Shown here one piece after another: positions 48,833-60,233 of a DNA stretch of 64,000 nt (within the stretch, counting starts at the first letter, position 1; every line of letters starts with the position of its first letter). This DNA is from Desulfatiglandales bacterium (lineage in GTDB: Bacteria; Desulfobacterota; DSM-4660; Desulfatiglandales; HGW-15). The position numbers were made by a program, and so were the translations under genes. The stretch is taken from positions 2,528,001 through 2,592,000 of the forward strand of contig CAXXJJ010000004.1 of NCBI GenBank assembly GCA_963667015.2, in the 5' to 3' direction. The notes under the pieces are model-generated. The model was not told where the DNA came from and did not search any database. It saw only the letters and a program-made list of their open reading frames with translations.

Positions 48833-49372
48833 TCAATCATCAATCACAAATATCATTCTGCTTAAAAAAGAATGTCTCTTTGGAGACTCCTTCAGCACCC
48901 ACCCGCGCCGGAGAAGTTCTTTTTTAATCAGTCTGTTTATAAAGCCATGACCAACGGCTACAATTCTCTGTTCATTTAACCCGACGCCTTTAAACATTTT
49001 AACAATCTGCCCTGCCCTTTTTTTTGCCTCTGAAAAGGATTCACAATTTCTGTTGAATCCGGCCAGCCACAGGATTCTTGCTGCAAAAAGCCATAGATTT
49101 GCCTTCAGATTTATTTGCGGAAACTGAATTAACGGTATCTCTGCCTCACGTAAAAAAGAGGTAACATTTATTTTATTTCCGATAAGATACCCGGTCTCAA
49201 TACTCCTCGCCAGATTACTTGTATATACAATCTTTTCTTTTAAAATGGATATATCATCAGGAATGATTCCGGATTCATTATATCTTTTTACCCATAGGGG
49301 AAAATCACGGCCTGATATTATTTCATCGGCTGATACTGTCGGCTCTGCATGACGATAGATAATGAGTTCCAT
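48833..49372 (-). CDS. Histidine phosphatase family protein
   Basis: IIYRHAEP, SNLARSIETG, VGHGFIN. Confidence 0.85.
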   Translation of the reverse strand: MELIIYRHAEPTVSADEIISGRDFPLWVKRYNESGIIPDDISILKEKIVYTSNLARSIETGYLIGNKINVTSFLREAEIPLIQFPQINLKANLWLFAARILWLAGFNRNCESFSEAKKRAGQIVKMFKGVGLNEQRIVAVGHGFINRLIKKELLRRGWVLKESPKRHSFLSRMIFVIDD

Positions 49373-49534
49373 TTTTCAGTAATAAGACGAATATATATTG
49401 ATTGAATTACCGGCTTTCTATTTTTGGATTTCATTGTGCCAGGTTTCTGTAATTAATTATTTAACCTTTTTTGCCTGAAATATAAATAAAATTTAAATAA
49501 GGCAGGAGTCGGGGATATCTGAGGGTATTTGTAT

Positions 49535-51148
49535 TTAACGCTGTTTGCAGGGTTTAAAAAAAATCCGGTTACGGCCCTTATCTTTACTCTCATACAGGGC
49601 CTCATCGGCAGTTTTAATCAATTCAACCGGGGTCCCCTCAATATTTGGAATAATGCTGGAAACGCCTAAACTCAGGGTAAGATATTCATCAATCAGGGAT
49701 TTATCGTGTTTTATTTTTAAATTATATACTTGCTGTCTTATATCTTCTGCTATTTTCTGAGCGCCTTCGGATGAAGTATTTGGAAGCAGTACAACAAACT
49801 CTTCCCCGCCATAACGGGCAACAAAATCCGAGGGTCTTTTTAATACTGCCTTTATTGTTTCGGCTATTATCTTTAAACAATCATCACCCATCTGGTGTCC
49901 GTAATTATCATTGTACAATTTAAAATAATCAACATCGCACATAATGGCAGATAAATGAGATTCTTTTTGCCTGTTTGTTCGTTTCCATTCCAGGGCCAGC
50001 GTCTCATCAAAAATTCTCCGGTTATTGATGCCGGTTAATCCGTCCAGGGAAGATAACATTTCAAGCTGTCTTGTCTGGGATCCGATCTTGGCGATCATTT
50101 TATCAAAGCTGTTAGCCAGCTCCACAATGGCTCCTTTCCCGGTCATTCCTGCACGTATCTCATAATTACCCTTTTCAACCTGTTTTACATACCTGGAAAG
50201 CTGTATTACAGGCTTTATAATCAGATTTTTAATTAATAATAAGACTGCTGACAGAATTATGAACCCGACCACAACAAGAAAAACCAGGGAATATTTTATC
50301 GCTTTTAAACCATGTCTTGTAATTTCTCTTGGAAAGATTACCTCCGTTAAAAAGACCGGCTCAACCTGAAGTGATGGAAAAGACTCATACATAAATATTT
50401 TGTCCGGATTTTCTTTTTCAATATAAAACGGGTTGGATGGTGTAACTTTTTCAAATATATTTTTATATGTTTGCGGCAATTCAGCATTATTAACATGGAT
50501 AACAAAGTTTGCCCTGGTCTCATCCTTTATCTTATTCAGAATAGATTCAGAAAGCAGCTTGCCCATAACTAATGTTCCACGGGGTGGCCCGGCGTTATCT
50601 GAAGTCAGGATAGGTCTGGCGGCCAGCATCATGGGCACTCTTTCTGTTAATACAACACCTCTCCTGTATATATTTTCAAGAGAATCGGAAGAGTGGTAAT
50701 TCAATTTTAGAACGGCTGATATATCAGAGAAATCTTCAGCATTAAATCCCTTTATTTTAATCTCCTCTTCGGTCTCCAGATCATAAATCTTTCCCCAGAA
50801 TATTTCATCCGCTTCATTCAGGTAATAAATCAGATTAAGGTTCGCGGTTACAAATGATTCAACTGAAAGATTGCCATCCTTATATTCCTGTGATCCGGTT
50901 GCCATAAAATCGTAGCTGTCATCCCATGCGCCCCAGTCATGGCATGTATCATCCAAATGCCTGACCTCCTTTTTTATGGCTTCATTGACACGATTCAGAT
51001 TCCTGATGGCTTCATCATTTTCAAGGCTGATATAGCTGGGCAGGATAAAAAGACGGTTAATTGCAACCTGCATTAAGGCAAAGGAAATAAAAAGTACTCC
51101 GAAAATTATGATAATCTTGGTTTTTAACAGCATCATTACCCTCGACAC
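49535..51148 (-). CDS. Diguanylate cyclase (CHASE4-HAMP-GGDEF)
   Basis: DWGAWDDSY CHASE4 motif, two TM segments, DGLTGINNRR, RYGGEEF. Confidence 0.93.
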   Translation of the reverse strand: MSRVMMLLKTKIIIIFGVLFISFALMQVAINRLFILPSYISLENDEAIRNLNRVNEAIKKEVRHLDDTCHDWGAWDDSYDFMATGSQEYKDGNLSVESFVTANLNLIYYLNEADEIFWGKIYDLETEEEIKIKGFNAEDFSDISAVLKLNYHSSDSLENIYRRGVVLTERVPMMLAARPILTSDNAGPPRGTLVMGKLLSESILNKIKDETRANFVIHVNNAELPQTYKNIFEKVTPSNPFYIEKENPDKIFMYESFPSLQVEPVFLTEVIFPREITRHGLKAIKYSLVFLVVVGFIILSAVLLLIKNLIIKPVIQLSRYVKQVEKGNYEIRAGMTGKGAIVELANSFDKMIAKIGSQTRQLEMLSSLDGLTGINNRRIFDETLALEWKRTNRQKESHLSAIMCDVDYFKLYNDNYGHQMGDDCLKIIAETIKAVLKRPSDFVARYGGEEFVVLLPNTSSEGAQKIAEDIRQQVYNLKIKHDKSLIDEYLTLSLGVSSIIPNIEGTPVELIKTADEALYESKDKGRNRIFFKPCKQR

Positions 51149-51277
51149 CTAATAAATATGACGCATCAAAATCAGGATGCCTGCTTTTTCTCTACCCGGA
51201 CGCATATGCCCTTTTAATCAGATTCTGAATCCTCTTGTATATCTTCTATATCACCGATATTTTCCTGCAACCATCGG

Positions 51278-52438
51278 TTATACTGTTTCCCTGCTGCATG
51301 TTGGTTTTCTATAGGGCAGGGAAATCTTAAAGATACTCCCTTTCCCCTTTTCCGATTCAACAGTTATTGTTCCGCCATATGATTCAATCATTTCCTTTGA
51401 TGATGCCAGGCCCAGACCTGTTCCAGTTGGTTTCCCCCTGGAAGACACAAGGGGTTTGGTGGTGTAGAAGGGATCAAATATCCTTTCCAAATCTTCAGGG
51501 GCTATACCATCTCCGGTATCCGAAACGGTTATATAGATCATCTCGCTGTCATGAGATGTGCTTATTTCCAGCTTTGGCTCCTCTGAATCATGCATGGCAT
51601 CAATAGCATTTTTAATCAGGTTTCCCAGGCTCTGGGAAAAATGGGAATAGATACCTGAATATTCCGGTAACGGCTTCAGGGTGAGTTTCTTTGAAACCTG
51701 ATGTTTAAAGAATGAACTGGCTTTAAAAAGGTTCATCTGATCTGACAGAAGCCTGTTAAAATCAATTAAAACAGCCAGAGAATTGGTTTCATTGGCGGTA
51801 TTATGTAAAATCGTCGCGATCATATCCTTCATGGTCTCAGCCGCCGTCATTAATGACAGGACCATTTTATTTCCAGGATATTCCTGTGAGATGAGATATG
51901 CATATCCCATGATTGACTGGAGGGGATTATTCAGATTATGTACTATTCCGGCAGTGTATTTCCCCAGTGCGGCCATCTTCCCCGCTTCCCAAAGCTGATT
52001 GCTTCGTATCTTGACCTGCTCATTGAGGTTATGGTTAAGACTGTTCAGACTGTCTTCCAGATTTTTAATCTTCAGGAAGATCTTTACCTTTGCCCCTAAT
52101 TCTTCAATCTCCACCGGTTTGACCAGGAAATCATCAGCACCTGCCTCATACCCTTTCAGACGGTTCTCCAGAGTTCTTTTCCCTGAAACCATAATAATCT
52201 TCAGGCCGGAGAATCTCTGATCGTCTCTTACTTTCCTGCACAGTGTGAATCCATCCATCTCCGGCATTACAATGTCCATGAGTATCAGGTCCGGGAGAAA
52301 ATACTCCAGTATCGTGAGGGCCTCCTTTCCCGAATGGGCCTCTTTGACATCATAAAGCTCTGAAAGGCTGTCTCTCATGAGACAGGCCAGAGATTTTGAG
52401 TCTTCAACAATTAATATTTTATTTTTTTGATCTTTCAT
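51278..52438 (-). CDS. Hybrid response regulator-histidine kinase
   Basis: REC (LMDIVMP), H-box HNLNNPL, GTGLGL. Confidence 0.92.
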   Translation of the reverse strand: MKDQKNKILIVEDSKSLACLMRDSLSELYDVKEAHSGKEALTILEYFLPDLILMDIVMPEMDGFTLCRKVRDDQRFSGLKIIMVSGKRTLENRLKGYEAGADDFLVKPVEIEELGAKVKIFLKIKNLEDSLNSLNHNLNEQVKIRSNQLWEAGKMAALGKYTAGIVHNLNNPLQSIMGYAYLISQEYPGNKMVLSLMTAAETMKDMIATILHNTANETNSLAVLIDFNRLLSDQMNLFKASSFFKHQVSKKLTLKPLPEYSGIYSHFSQSLGNLIKNAIDAMHDSEEPKLEISTSHDSEMIYITVSDTGDGIAPEDLERIFDPFYTTKPLVSSRGKPTGTGLGLASSKEMIESYGGTITVESEKGKGSIFKISLPYRKPTCSRETV

Positions 52439-52526
52439 GTTCGCCTGCCATGTTTGTTTTCAGCCTGTCATGCCTCAGCCATAAAACAGTGATCCTGATC
52501 ATCTTTTGCTTATACCTGTTCTTTTT

Positions 52527-52943
52527 TTAACTGCCTTTTTTCTTCTTTGAAATATGTTCGATAACTGATCCCATCTCTTTAATATCCAGGGGTTTAACAA
52601 TGTAGTAGATTACCTTCTGTTCTCTTGCCAGCTCTTCGATCTCACGACTATTATTGTCAGTCATCGTAATAATATGGATTTCTCCAGCCACTTCCCTGGC
52701 CCATATAACAGTGCTGAACCAGTCCCCTTCGGGAAGACCCATGTCCATAATGATCAAATCAAAGCTGTTTTTCTTTAACTTATCGAGTGCATCTTTGTAG
52801 TTTGATACAACCTGAGCACTGTGTCCGAGGAATATTACTTCCTGCGCCAGTGTACCGGCGTCATCCTGTTTATCGATAATCAGTATTGATAAACCTTCAG
52901 GAACAGCGTATTCTGTTTTCGTGTTTCCAAGCGAATCTTTCAT
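52527..52943 (-). CDS. Single-domain response regulator
   Basis: FDLIIMDMGLP, YYIVKP; start chosen at MKDSL. Confidence 0.8.
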   Translation of the reverse strand: MKDSLGNTKTEYAVPEGLSILIIDKQDDAGTLAQEVIFLGHSAQVVSNYKDALDKLKKNSFDLIIMDMGLPEGDWFSTVIWAREVAGEIHIITMTDNNSREIEELAREQKVIYYIVKPLDIKEMGSVIEHISKKKKGS

Positions 52944-53139
52944 AATACTCTCAATAAAAATCTTTGAGGCAGTTTCAAAACGTTTAAGTTTGAGCCTGAC
53001 GCAGATATTGCTCAAAATCGGGCGTTTTGAAACCGGCTCCTTTATTTTTATGCAATAAAACCAGGTGCTGCTTATCGTCTGGCACTTCTAAATCCTTATC
53101 AACACCATATTAAGCACCCGGTAACCCGGACTTATATGA

Positions 53140-53351
53140 ATCAATAATTGTGCCACACACCGTCACTACAATTTAACATATTGATTTTACGATCTTTATC
53201 CAGACGAAATATAACAGGAAGAGATTGCGCGTTATCGGAAAAAAAGGGGAAAACCTTCTCAAAGCTGCAGCAGATCCAGGCTAACCATTTGAATTAACAT
53301 TAATTATTCCAGCAAGGTACTGCTCTCTACAAAATGGGGAACATCTTCCCC
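53140..53351 (-). promoter_or_regulatory. Putative sigma54 promoter with IHF site and enhancer palindrome
   Basis: TGGCAC-N5-TTGAT (deviant -12) at 53155-53140; IHF-like AATCAATATGTTA near 53175-53187; GGGGAA-CATC-TTCCCC at 53336-53351. Confidence 0.5.
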
Positions 53352-53386
53352 GTAAAATATACAACTACAGTAAAAATAACAATGAA

Positions 53387-55126
53387 TCAGGAAAGAAGAT
53401 TATATTTTTTCATCTTATTGAAAAGGGTCTTGCGATCGATCTTTAATGCATCTGCCGCCCTTGTTTTATGCCAGTTGTGGTTGTTAAGTGCCTTTTCCAG
53501 GATCTTTTTTTCATATGTTTCCATAGACTCGGCAAGTGAAAAACTGTCATCAAAATCCATATCCGGCAATTCTTCCCCGTAGACGGGATCTATTGAATCT
53601 ATTTCGATAAAATCCAGTTTTTTAAGAGTGATAAAACGATGAATCGTATTCTGAAGTTCGCGAACATTGCCGGGCCAGTCATAGCTGTGCAGGGCTTCCC
53701 TGATTTTTGCAGTTATCGGGGGAATATCTTTCTTGTCATACTGTTCAAGAAAATGATCCAGCAGCAGAGAAATATCCTCTTTTCTTTCCCTGAGGGGAGG
53801 CAGATAAACAGGGATAATCTGAATACGGTAAAAAAAGTCCTGGCGCATTAAACCCTTCCTGACCAGATCTTTAAGGTCCCGGTTGGTTGCCGCAATTATC
53901 CTTATATCTGTCTTTTTACTGACTGTACTGCCGACCGGCATATACCCCCTTCCCTCTATTGCCCTTAACAGTTTTACCTGCATGTTCATGGGAATCTCTC
54001 CGATTTCATCAAGAAAAAGGGTGCCGCCTTCGGCAATATCAAAAAAACCGTGTTTATCTTTTGTGGCCCCGGTAAAGGCGCCTTTTCTGTATCCAAAAAA
54101 CTCGCTTTCGATCAGGTTCTCGGGTATTGCGCCGCAGTTTACATAGATGAGTTTTTTGTTTTTTCTGTCGCTGTTATTATGGATCTCCCTGGCTACCAGT
54201 TCCTTGCCTGTACCCGACTCACCGTAGATAATTACGCCTGCATCCGAGGCAGAGGCATTAATAATGTTTTCATAGACCTCCTGCATGGCCTGGCTTTTCC
54301 CTATAATGCTGCCGAATTTATATCTGTCCGAAAGTGAAGCCTTCAGGCGCATATTTTCGGTCCTGAGGTACTGTTCCTGCTCTCGGAGATCTATTATCTC
54401 TTTTTTCCGTTCTGTAATATCATAAATAATTACCTGGCATTGCTCGAGGTTACCATCATGTCCTAAAATAGGTGACTGGACAACCTGAAACCATCTGCCG
54501 TCCTTTTTGCTCTGTATTTCATATGATCCCCCCTTTGTTTTGCACCATTTATTATGTGTTTCGGAATCAAAGAGTGCCTTATTGCACGTCTCTCCTGTGG
54601 CATCGTACCCGAGATAATTTACCAGGGAGGGGTTCATATAGGAAATCCTGCAATCTCTGTTACATGTAAAAACGAATCCGTTAAAATTTTCAATGATGGT
54701 ACTGAGCCTTTGTTCAAGACCTTTCTGATAGGCCTTGTTCTCCTTTCTCAACTGAGCTTTTTCCAGGGCCTGCTCAACTGCATGCTGCAAAAACACAAGG
54801 CTCGTTACAGGCTTTGTCTGATAATTCCATGCCCCCATTCTCAGGGCCTGTATAACATCGGCCATTTCTCCTTCTCCGGAAATCACGATAATAGGGGTGT
54901 CAGGTGATTCGAGGCTGATTGTTTCCAGGACCTGAAATCCGTTAACCTTGGGCATTCTCAAATCGACAAGAACTGCATCCGGTCTGTTTTCAAAGAACGA
55001 CTTTAATCCTTCCTCTCCATCTCCGGCACAAAAAATACTGAACCCCTGCCGTTTAAAAAACGTCTCAAGTACTTCACGAAAAAAGGGTTCATCATCAATT
55101 ATGAGGAGCCTGGTATCATCTGTCAT
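53387..55126 (-). CDS. Sigma54-dependent response regulator (REC-PAS-AAA+-HTH)
   Basis: [22 protein letters not shown], Fis-type HTH. Confidence 0.95.
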   Translation of the reverse strand: MTDDTRLLIIDDEPFFREVLETFFKRQGFSIFCAGDGEEGLKSFFENRPDAVLVDLRMPKVNGFQVLETISLESPDTPIIVISGEGEMADVIQALRMGAWNYQTKPVTSLVFLQHAVEQALEKAQLRKENKAYQKGLEQRLSTIIENFNGFVFTCNRDCRISYMNPSLVNYLGYDATGETCNKALFDSETHNKWCKTKGGSYEIQSKKDGRWFQVVQSPILGHDGNLEQCQVIIYDITERKKEIIDLREQEQYLRTENMRLKASLSDRYKFGSIIGKSQAMQEVYENIINASASDAGVIIYGESGTGKELVAREIHNNSDRKNKKLIYVNCGAIPENLIESEFFGYRKGAFTGATKDKHGFFDIAEGGTLFLDEIGEIPMNMQVKLLRAIEGRGYMPVGSTVSKKTDIRIIAATNRDLKDLVRKGLMRQDFFYRIQIIPVYLPPLRERKEDISLLLDHFLEQYDKKDIPPITAKIREALHSYDWPGNVRELQNTIHRFITLKKLDFIEIDSIDPVYGEELPDMDFDDSFSLAESMETYEKKILEKALNNHNWHKTRAADALKIDRKTLFNKMKKYNLLS

Positions 55127-57307
55127 TATTTCCCTCTTCAAAAATAAGCCTTATTGCTCTGATCATCTCACTCATTATTATCGGTTTGGCAATAAACTCA
55201 AGCCTCATATCTCTTGTCTTTTTAAGATTTGCAAACATGTTATACCCGCTGCATAGAATAATCGGCATATCCGGGCATAATTCACGGATTTTTTCAGCCA
55301 GATCCAGCCCGCTCATGTCCGGCATTGTCATGTCTGTAATAATCAAATCATACTCAGACGGTGCCCTTTGAAATTCCTCAAGGGCATCAGTGCTGCGGTG
55401 AAAAACATTTATTCTGTAACCATACCTGCTCAATGCATCATATGCAATATCTGTAATTATCTTTTCATCATCAACAAAGAGTATACGTTCCTTGCCTTTC
55501 ATATTATACTGTATTCGGTTCTGTGTCTCACCCGGGACAGCCTCTCCCTCAAACACAGGCAGATATACATGAAATGACGTACCGACTCCCGGTTCGCTGT
55601 AGACATTTACTGCCCCCTCATGACTCTCAACTATGCCATGGACCACAGCAAGGCCCAGTCCCGTACCTTCTCCCAGTTTTTTTGTGGTAAAGTATGGTTC
55701 AAAGATTCGCTCCCTTGTCTTTTCATCCATACCGCACCCGCTATCACTGACTTCTATTTTTACATACATTCCCGGGTCAACCTGCTTTCCTGTAAAGTGT
55801 CCTCTTCGGATATCAGGACATCCTTAACAGATACAGCGAGCGTTCCTGCCCTGTCCCCCATTGCATGGTATGCATTGGTGCACAGGTTAAGAATAATCTG
55901 GTGAATCTGTGTAGCATCAGCAAAGACTGTATTCTCGGAAACAATTTCTTTTTTGATTTCGATCGATGTCGGGATTGTAGATCTTAACAGTTTCAGTGCC
56001 TCATTTACAATCATTGATATTCGGACAGGCTGTTTTTCCTGTTCAGTCTGCCTGCTTATTGTCAGTATCTGCTTTATAAGCTCCTTTGCCCTCTGGGCTG
56101 CCCTGCTTAATTCATCAAGGTCACCGGCGACCTTTTCTGGAGAATCGATGTCCATTCGCGCCAGGTCAGTAAAACCGAATATTATTGAAAGGATATTGTT
56201 GAAATCATGGGCAATACCTCCTGCCAGGGTTCCTATGGCCTCCATTTTCTGAGTCCTGCGGAGCTGATGCTCAAGCTTTTTCCTCTCTTCCTCTGCCTTT
56301 TTTCTCTCTGTAATATCTTTAATTACACTCAGCACATGCCTTTCATTGCGGATTTCAATGAGCTCCCCCGAATACTGGCAAATAACGGGTTCGCCAGATT
56401 TTTTAAACATCTGCACTTCAAGGTCCCTCACCTTCCCCTTTTCCATGAGCTTTGACATTATCTGGTCCCTGTCTTTTTTTCCGGACCAGATTCCGACATC
56501 AACTGATTCACGATAGAGGGCTTCATCCCTTTTTAAACCAAACATCTTTTCAAAACCGCTGTTAACCTCTACAAGTTTACCGGTTTCAAATGATGAAATT
56601 ATTATCGAGTCAGGACTTGAATAGAATGCCTTTGAAAACTTCTCTTCCGAGTTTCTCAAATCTTGTTCTGCCTTATTTCTTTCTGTTACATCTCTCAAAA
56701 TCCACTGGCCTATTCCTTTTTCAAGATCAATAATGCTGGTGCTTACTTCAGCGTGGATCAATTCACCATTTGACTTGACAAGCCTGTCCGCAAGTATTTT
56801 ATGGGCGTACATCTCAAAATTTTCAACTTCTTCGGTTACTTTCCGCCTTGCATCATCATGCTGAAGATCGGGAATAGACATTCCAAGAAGCTGCTCCCTG
56901 GTGTACCCTAGCGCATCGCAGACCTTCTGATTTACATCAATGATTTTTCCCAGCCTGTGAATTACGATCAGGTCGTTTGACGCCTCAAAAAGCCTTCGGT
57001 ACCGGTCCTCACTCTTCTCCAGATCACTTACCGCGATATTCTGCAGGATGGCATAAAAGAAAAAGGCCCACATCATTGGAATCATGGCACCTATCAAATC
57101 TTCATAGGTTTCAAAAAAACTGGTTATGCCCATCCACTCGAGAAAAAGACACAAACCGTAGAGGGTATTGAATGTTATAAGGGCGGATAAAATAAATCTG
57201 GTATCCAGCTGGAGGTTTTTCTTCCGGCCTGCGATTAAAATAAAAAATGCCGCCAGTGACGCCAATATAAAAAGGATATCTATGAATGCGATAGAATAGA
57301 CCATCAC
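55116..57307 (-). pseudogene. Membrane PAS hybrid histidine kinase split by a 1-nt frameshift near 55773
   Basis: ORF 55760-57307 has TM, PAS, HDFNN and N-box; ORF 55116-55769 continues with VSDSG.GM, GTGLGL and REC. Confidence 0.85.
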
Positions 57308-57576
57308 TGCTCACCGCTTCCCTTAAAGACCAGATAGCACCAGGTGGTCAGCATAACACCGCTTCCGGCGTAGCAGGAGTGTTCAAGATAATTAAAAAAA
57401 TGTTCCAGGAAAAAAACCTCGATGATTGTTGATATACTGGCAATAAGGAGCAGAAAAAAACTTGCGAAGAGGAGTCCCCATCCTCTGGATTTGGCAAGGG
57501 TCTTCCTTTTAAAGCAGATAAAGATCAGAACGCCTATACAAAGAAAAAGCATTACAATTTCATTTTCATGAAACAA
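57304..57576 (-). CDS. Small membrane protein cotranscribed with kinase
   Basis: Three hydrophobic segments; 4-nt overlap with the kinase gene; GGGGAG RBS. Confidence 0.7.
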   Translation of the reverse strand: MFHENEIVMLFLCIGVLIFICFKRKTLAKSRGWGLLFASFFLLLIASISTIIEVFFLEHFFNYLEHSCYAGSGVMLTTWCYLVFKGSGEQ

Positions 57577-57631
57577 TCGAGATCTCCCCTGTGTATTTTT
57601 TCAGATAAAAAAGCCTTGAAAAGATTAAGCA

Positions 57632-57647
57632 TGCACAATTAATGCCA
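57632..57647 (-). promoter_or_regulatory. Sigma54 promoter
   Basis: TGGCAT-TAATT-GTGCA (GG-N10-GC). Confidence 0.6.
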
Positions 57648-57764
57648 ATATTTTCTGACAGTTAGATTAACTGCCCGTTTAATATGAGCAAATTTCCCGG
57701 CCCGGGAATTTATTGACAAAAAATGATTATACCGCTACATATTTTATGACTCTAACTTATTAAT

Positions 57765-58709
57765 ATGAAAGGTAATATCGGCATGAAAATAATTGTAACA
57801 GGCTCAATGGCATATGACAGGATTATGGAATTTCCCGGCAGGTTTTCCGAGCATATCCTTCCGGAAAAAATTGACAATCTGAATGTCTGCTTCACAGTTA
57901 ACGGGATGATGGAACGCTTCGGCGGCACAGCGGGCAATATTGCCTATGCCCTGAAGCTTATGGGGGAAAACCCCGAAATATCCGCAACCATTGGCCAGGA
58001 TCATGGAAAGTACATGGAATGGCTTGCTGAAAATGAAATCTCCAAAGATATGGTCAGGGTTATGGAGGATGATTTCACTGCATGCGCCTTTATTACCACA
58101 GATAAAACAGGTAATCAGATCACGGTCTTTAATATCGGGGCAATGAATAATTCTTCATGTCTGGATTTTGACACCCTTGACCCGGAAGAGACCATACTGA
58201 TCATATCACCCGGCAACCTGGATGATATGATAAATTACCCCCGGATATGTAAAGAAAAGGGGATCGATTATATATTTGATCCGGGTCAGCAGCTTCCAGT
58301 AATCCCGCCCGAAGACCTGAAAAAATCGATTGACGGATGCCGTATTCTCATATCCAATGAGTATGAGCTTGATATGATCATGAATCTGACCGGGATGGAT
58401 AAAGGTGCACTCCTCGGATGCACGGATACAATTATCATGACAAGGGGAGGATTGGGTTCCAGGATAATAACAGCAGAAGGAGAAACAGATATTCCGGTGA
58501 ACAGGGCTGACAAGGTGCTGGACCCCACCGGTGCCGGAGATGCATTCAGAGGCGGATTTCTCACGGGGCTTGTAAGGGGCATGGATACAGAGAAGAGTGC
58601 AGTGCTTGGCAGTGTTTGCGCCTCCTTTTCCGTTGAATGCTACGGTACCCAGGAATATACATTCAGCAATGAGGAATTTGAAAAAAGACTCAATCATGGC
58701 GACTGTTAA
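57765..58709 (+). CDS. PfkB family carbohydrate/nucleoside kinase
   Basis: TGSMAYD, FGGTAGNIAY, DPTGAGDAFRGG. Confidence 0.93.
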   Translation: MKGNIGMKIIVTGSMAYDRIMEFPGRFSEHILPEKIDNLNVCFTVNGMMERFGGTAGNIAYALKLMGENPEISATIGQDHGKYMEWLAENEISKDMVRVMEDDFTACAFITTDKTGNQITVFNIGAMNNSSCLDFDTLDPEETILIISPGNLDDMINYPRICKEKGIDYIFDPGQQLPVIPPEDLKKSIDGCRILISNEYELDMIMNLTGMDKGALLGCTDTIIMTRGGLGSRIITAEGETDIPVNRADKVLDPTGAGDAFRGGFLTGLVRGMDTEKSAVLGSVCASFSVECYGTQEYTFSNEEFEKRLNHGDC

Positions 58710-58828
58710 AATAGCAGGAAGGGCAGGAAAAATAATGTTTAACACCGGCATATGATTTTTATATAATGATTGAATATGAAGACAAATAAAGTAACAATCT
58801 GCAAAATGAATATTCGGAGAAAAGAGAA

Positions 58829-59470
58829 ATGACAAAGACAAAAGAATGGGCAGAATCGCTTAATATTGATACACAGGATATTTTACCTCCTTCGGAAGAT
58901 ATTACTGAAAGTTACTGCCGAACGGCCAGTGAAGTAGCTACACGTACGATCATACTGCATTCGATAGTGGCTGCCGCTGCCGGGATTGACATGGAACGCA
59001 TCACCGGATGGCTGCAGGATCAAAACCTGTGGGAGCATGTATCTCCCCGCGAACGCTCAATCCTTCAGTCCCCGAGAAGATTCAAAGAGGATCGGTCCGG
59101 GGCTCACTGGCTCCAGGAGGCCCAGTGGGCACTTCTGTGGACTATTCAAAAGGTCGAAGGTCTTGGCCTGCCGACTAAAACCTGTGACCATATAAAACTG
59201 GTTGATGATATCATGCCTGTTCTTGGCGGTGATGATATAGACCTGTTCATCTCCTCTGTAGAATTCAGGCCGGCGGCAGAAATCAGCGCAGAGAATGACC
59301 GTATCAGCAGGATCTATTACCACGCCCAGAAGGCAGCGGATAAAGACGAGATGCCTGAAGATCTTATTTACGGTGTTCTGTATAACCGTTATCTTTCATT
59401 CAGATGGCTTACCACTGATGAACCATGGGATGAAGTTGATATGGGTATCGAAGAACTCAATTTTGACTGA
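58829..59470 (+). CDS. DUF4272-like protein
   Basis: SPRE, W..EA.WALLW, C-terminal WL....WDEV. Confidence 0.7.
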   Translation: MTKTKEWAESLNIDTQDILPPSEDITESYCRTASEVATRTIILHSIVAAAAGIDMERITGWLQDQNLWEHVSPRERSILQSPRRFKEDRSGAHWLQEAQWALLWTIQKVEGLGLPTKTCDHIKLVDDIMPVLGGDDIDLFISSVEFRPAAEISAENDRISRIYYHAQKAADKDEMPEDLIYGVLYNRYLSFRWLTTDEPWDEVDMGIEELNFD

Positions 59471-59493
59471 TTCTCAATTCCGGACATAAAACT

Positions 59494-60222
59494 ATGAAAA
59501 TAAAAATACTTGGAACAGGAGGGGCAATCAATAACGGGCTCCCCTATAATGCATTTATCATCAATGAAGATTTTCTTGTCGAAACACCTCCCGACATAAT
59601 GAACAGCCTGTTCAGGGAAGGTATAGACAGACAGAAGATTTCTTTAATTTATATCTCACATTTCCATGCGGACCACTGTTTCGGCATCCCTTTTCTTCTT
59701 TTAAGCAACTTTAATGACAAATACGAGACACGCATCAAAATAATCGGCCCTGAAGGGATCAAAAAAAGGGTAGAAGAAATGTGTACACTGGCCTTTGGCA
59801 GGCAGCACAGAATGCAGGAATGGATCAGACAGCATATTGTTTATCAGGAAATTGAAAAGGGAAAAACTGTAGAAATAGACACACAATACAAACTTACGCC
59901 CTTTAAGACCTTTCACTCTCCCGATACATACGGCTTTATATTGGAATCCGAAGGTAAAAAAACAGCCTACATTGCCGATACATACTGGGATGACAGCCTT
60001 CTTGAATATATAAAGGATGCTGATACCATTCTGATTGACTTAAATGGTGACAGATCGGATGAGGCTAAAATACATATTTCGGAAGAAGACCTGACGCAAT
60101 ATGCCATCCCGAAATTAAAAAACAAAAATATCAAATTTTACGGGACACACCTGAAGGAAAATAAGACATCTGAAAATAAGAATATCCACTATCTGGTGCC
60201 GGGCGAAAAAATAGAGGCCTGA
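59494..60222 (+). CDS. MBL-fold metallo-hydrolase (RNase Z-like)
   Basis: ILGTGGA, SHFHADH, YIADT. Confidence 0.88.
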   Translation: MKIKILGTGGAINNGLPYNAFIINEDFLVETPPDIMNSLFREGIDRQKISLIYISHFHADHCFGIPFLLLSNFNDKYETRIKIIGPEGIKKRVEEMCTLAFGRQHRMQEWIRQHIVYQEIEKGKTVEIDTQYKLTPFKTFHSPDTYGFILESEGKKTAYIADTYWDDSLLEYIKDADTILIDLNGDRSDEAKIHISEEDLTQYAIPKLKNKNIKFYGTHLKENKTSENKNIHYLVPGEKIEA

Positions 60223-60233
60223 TTTTTTTATTG

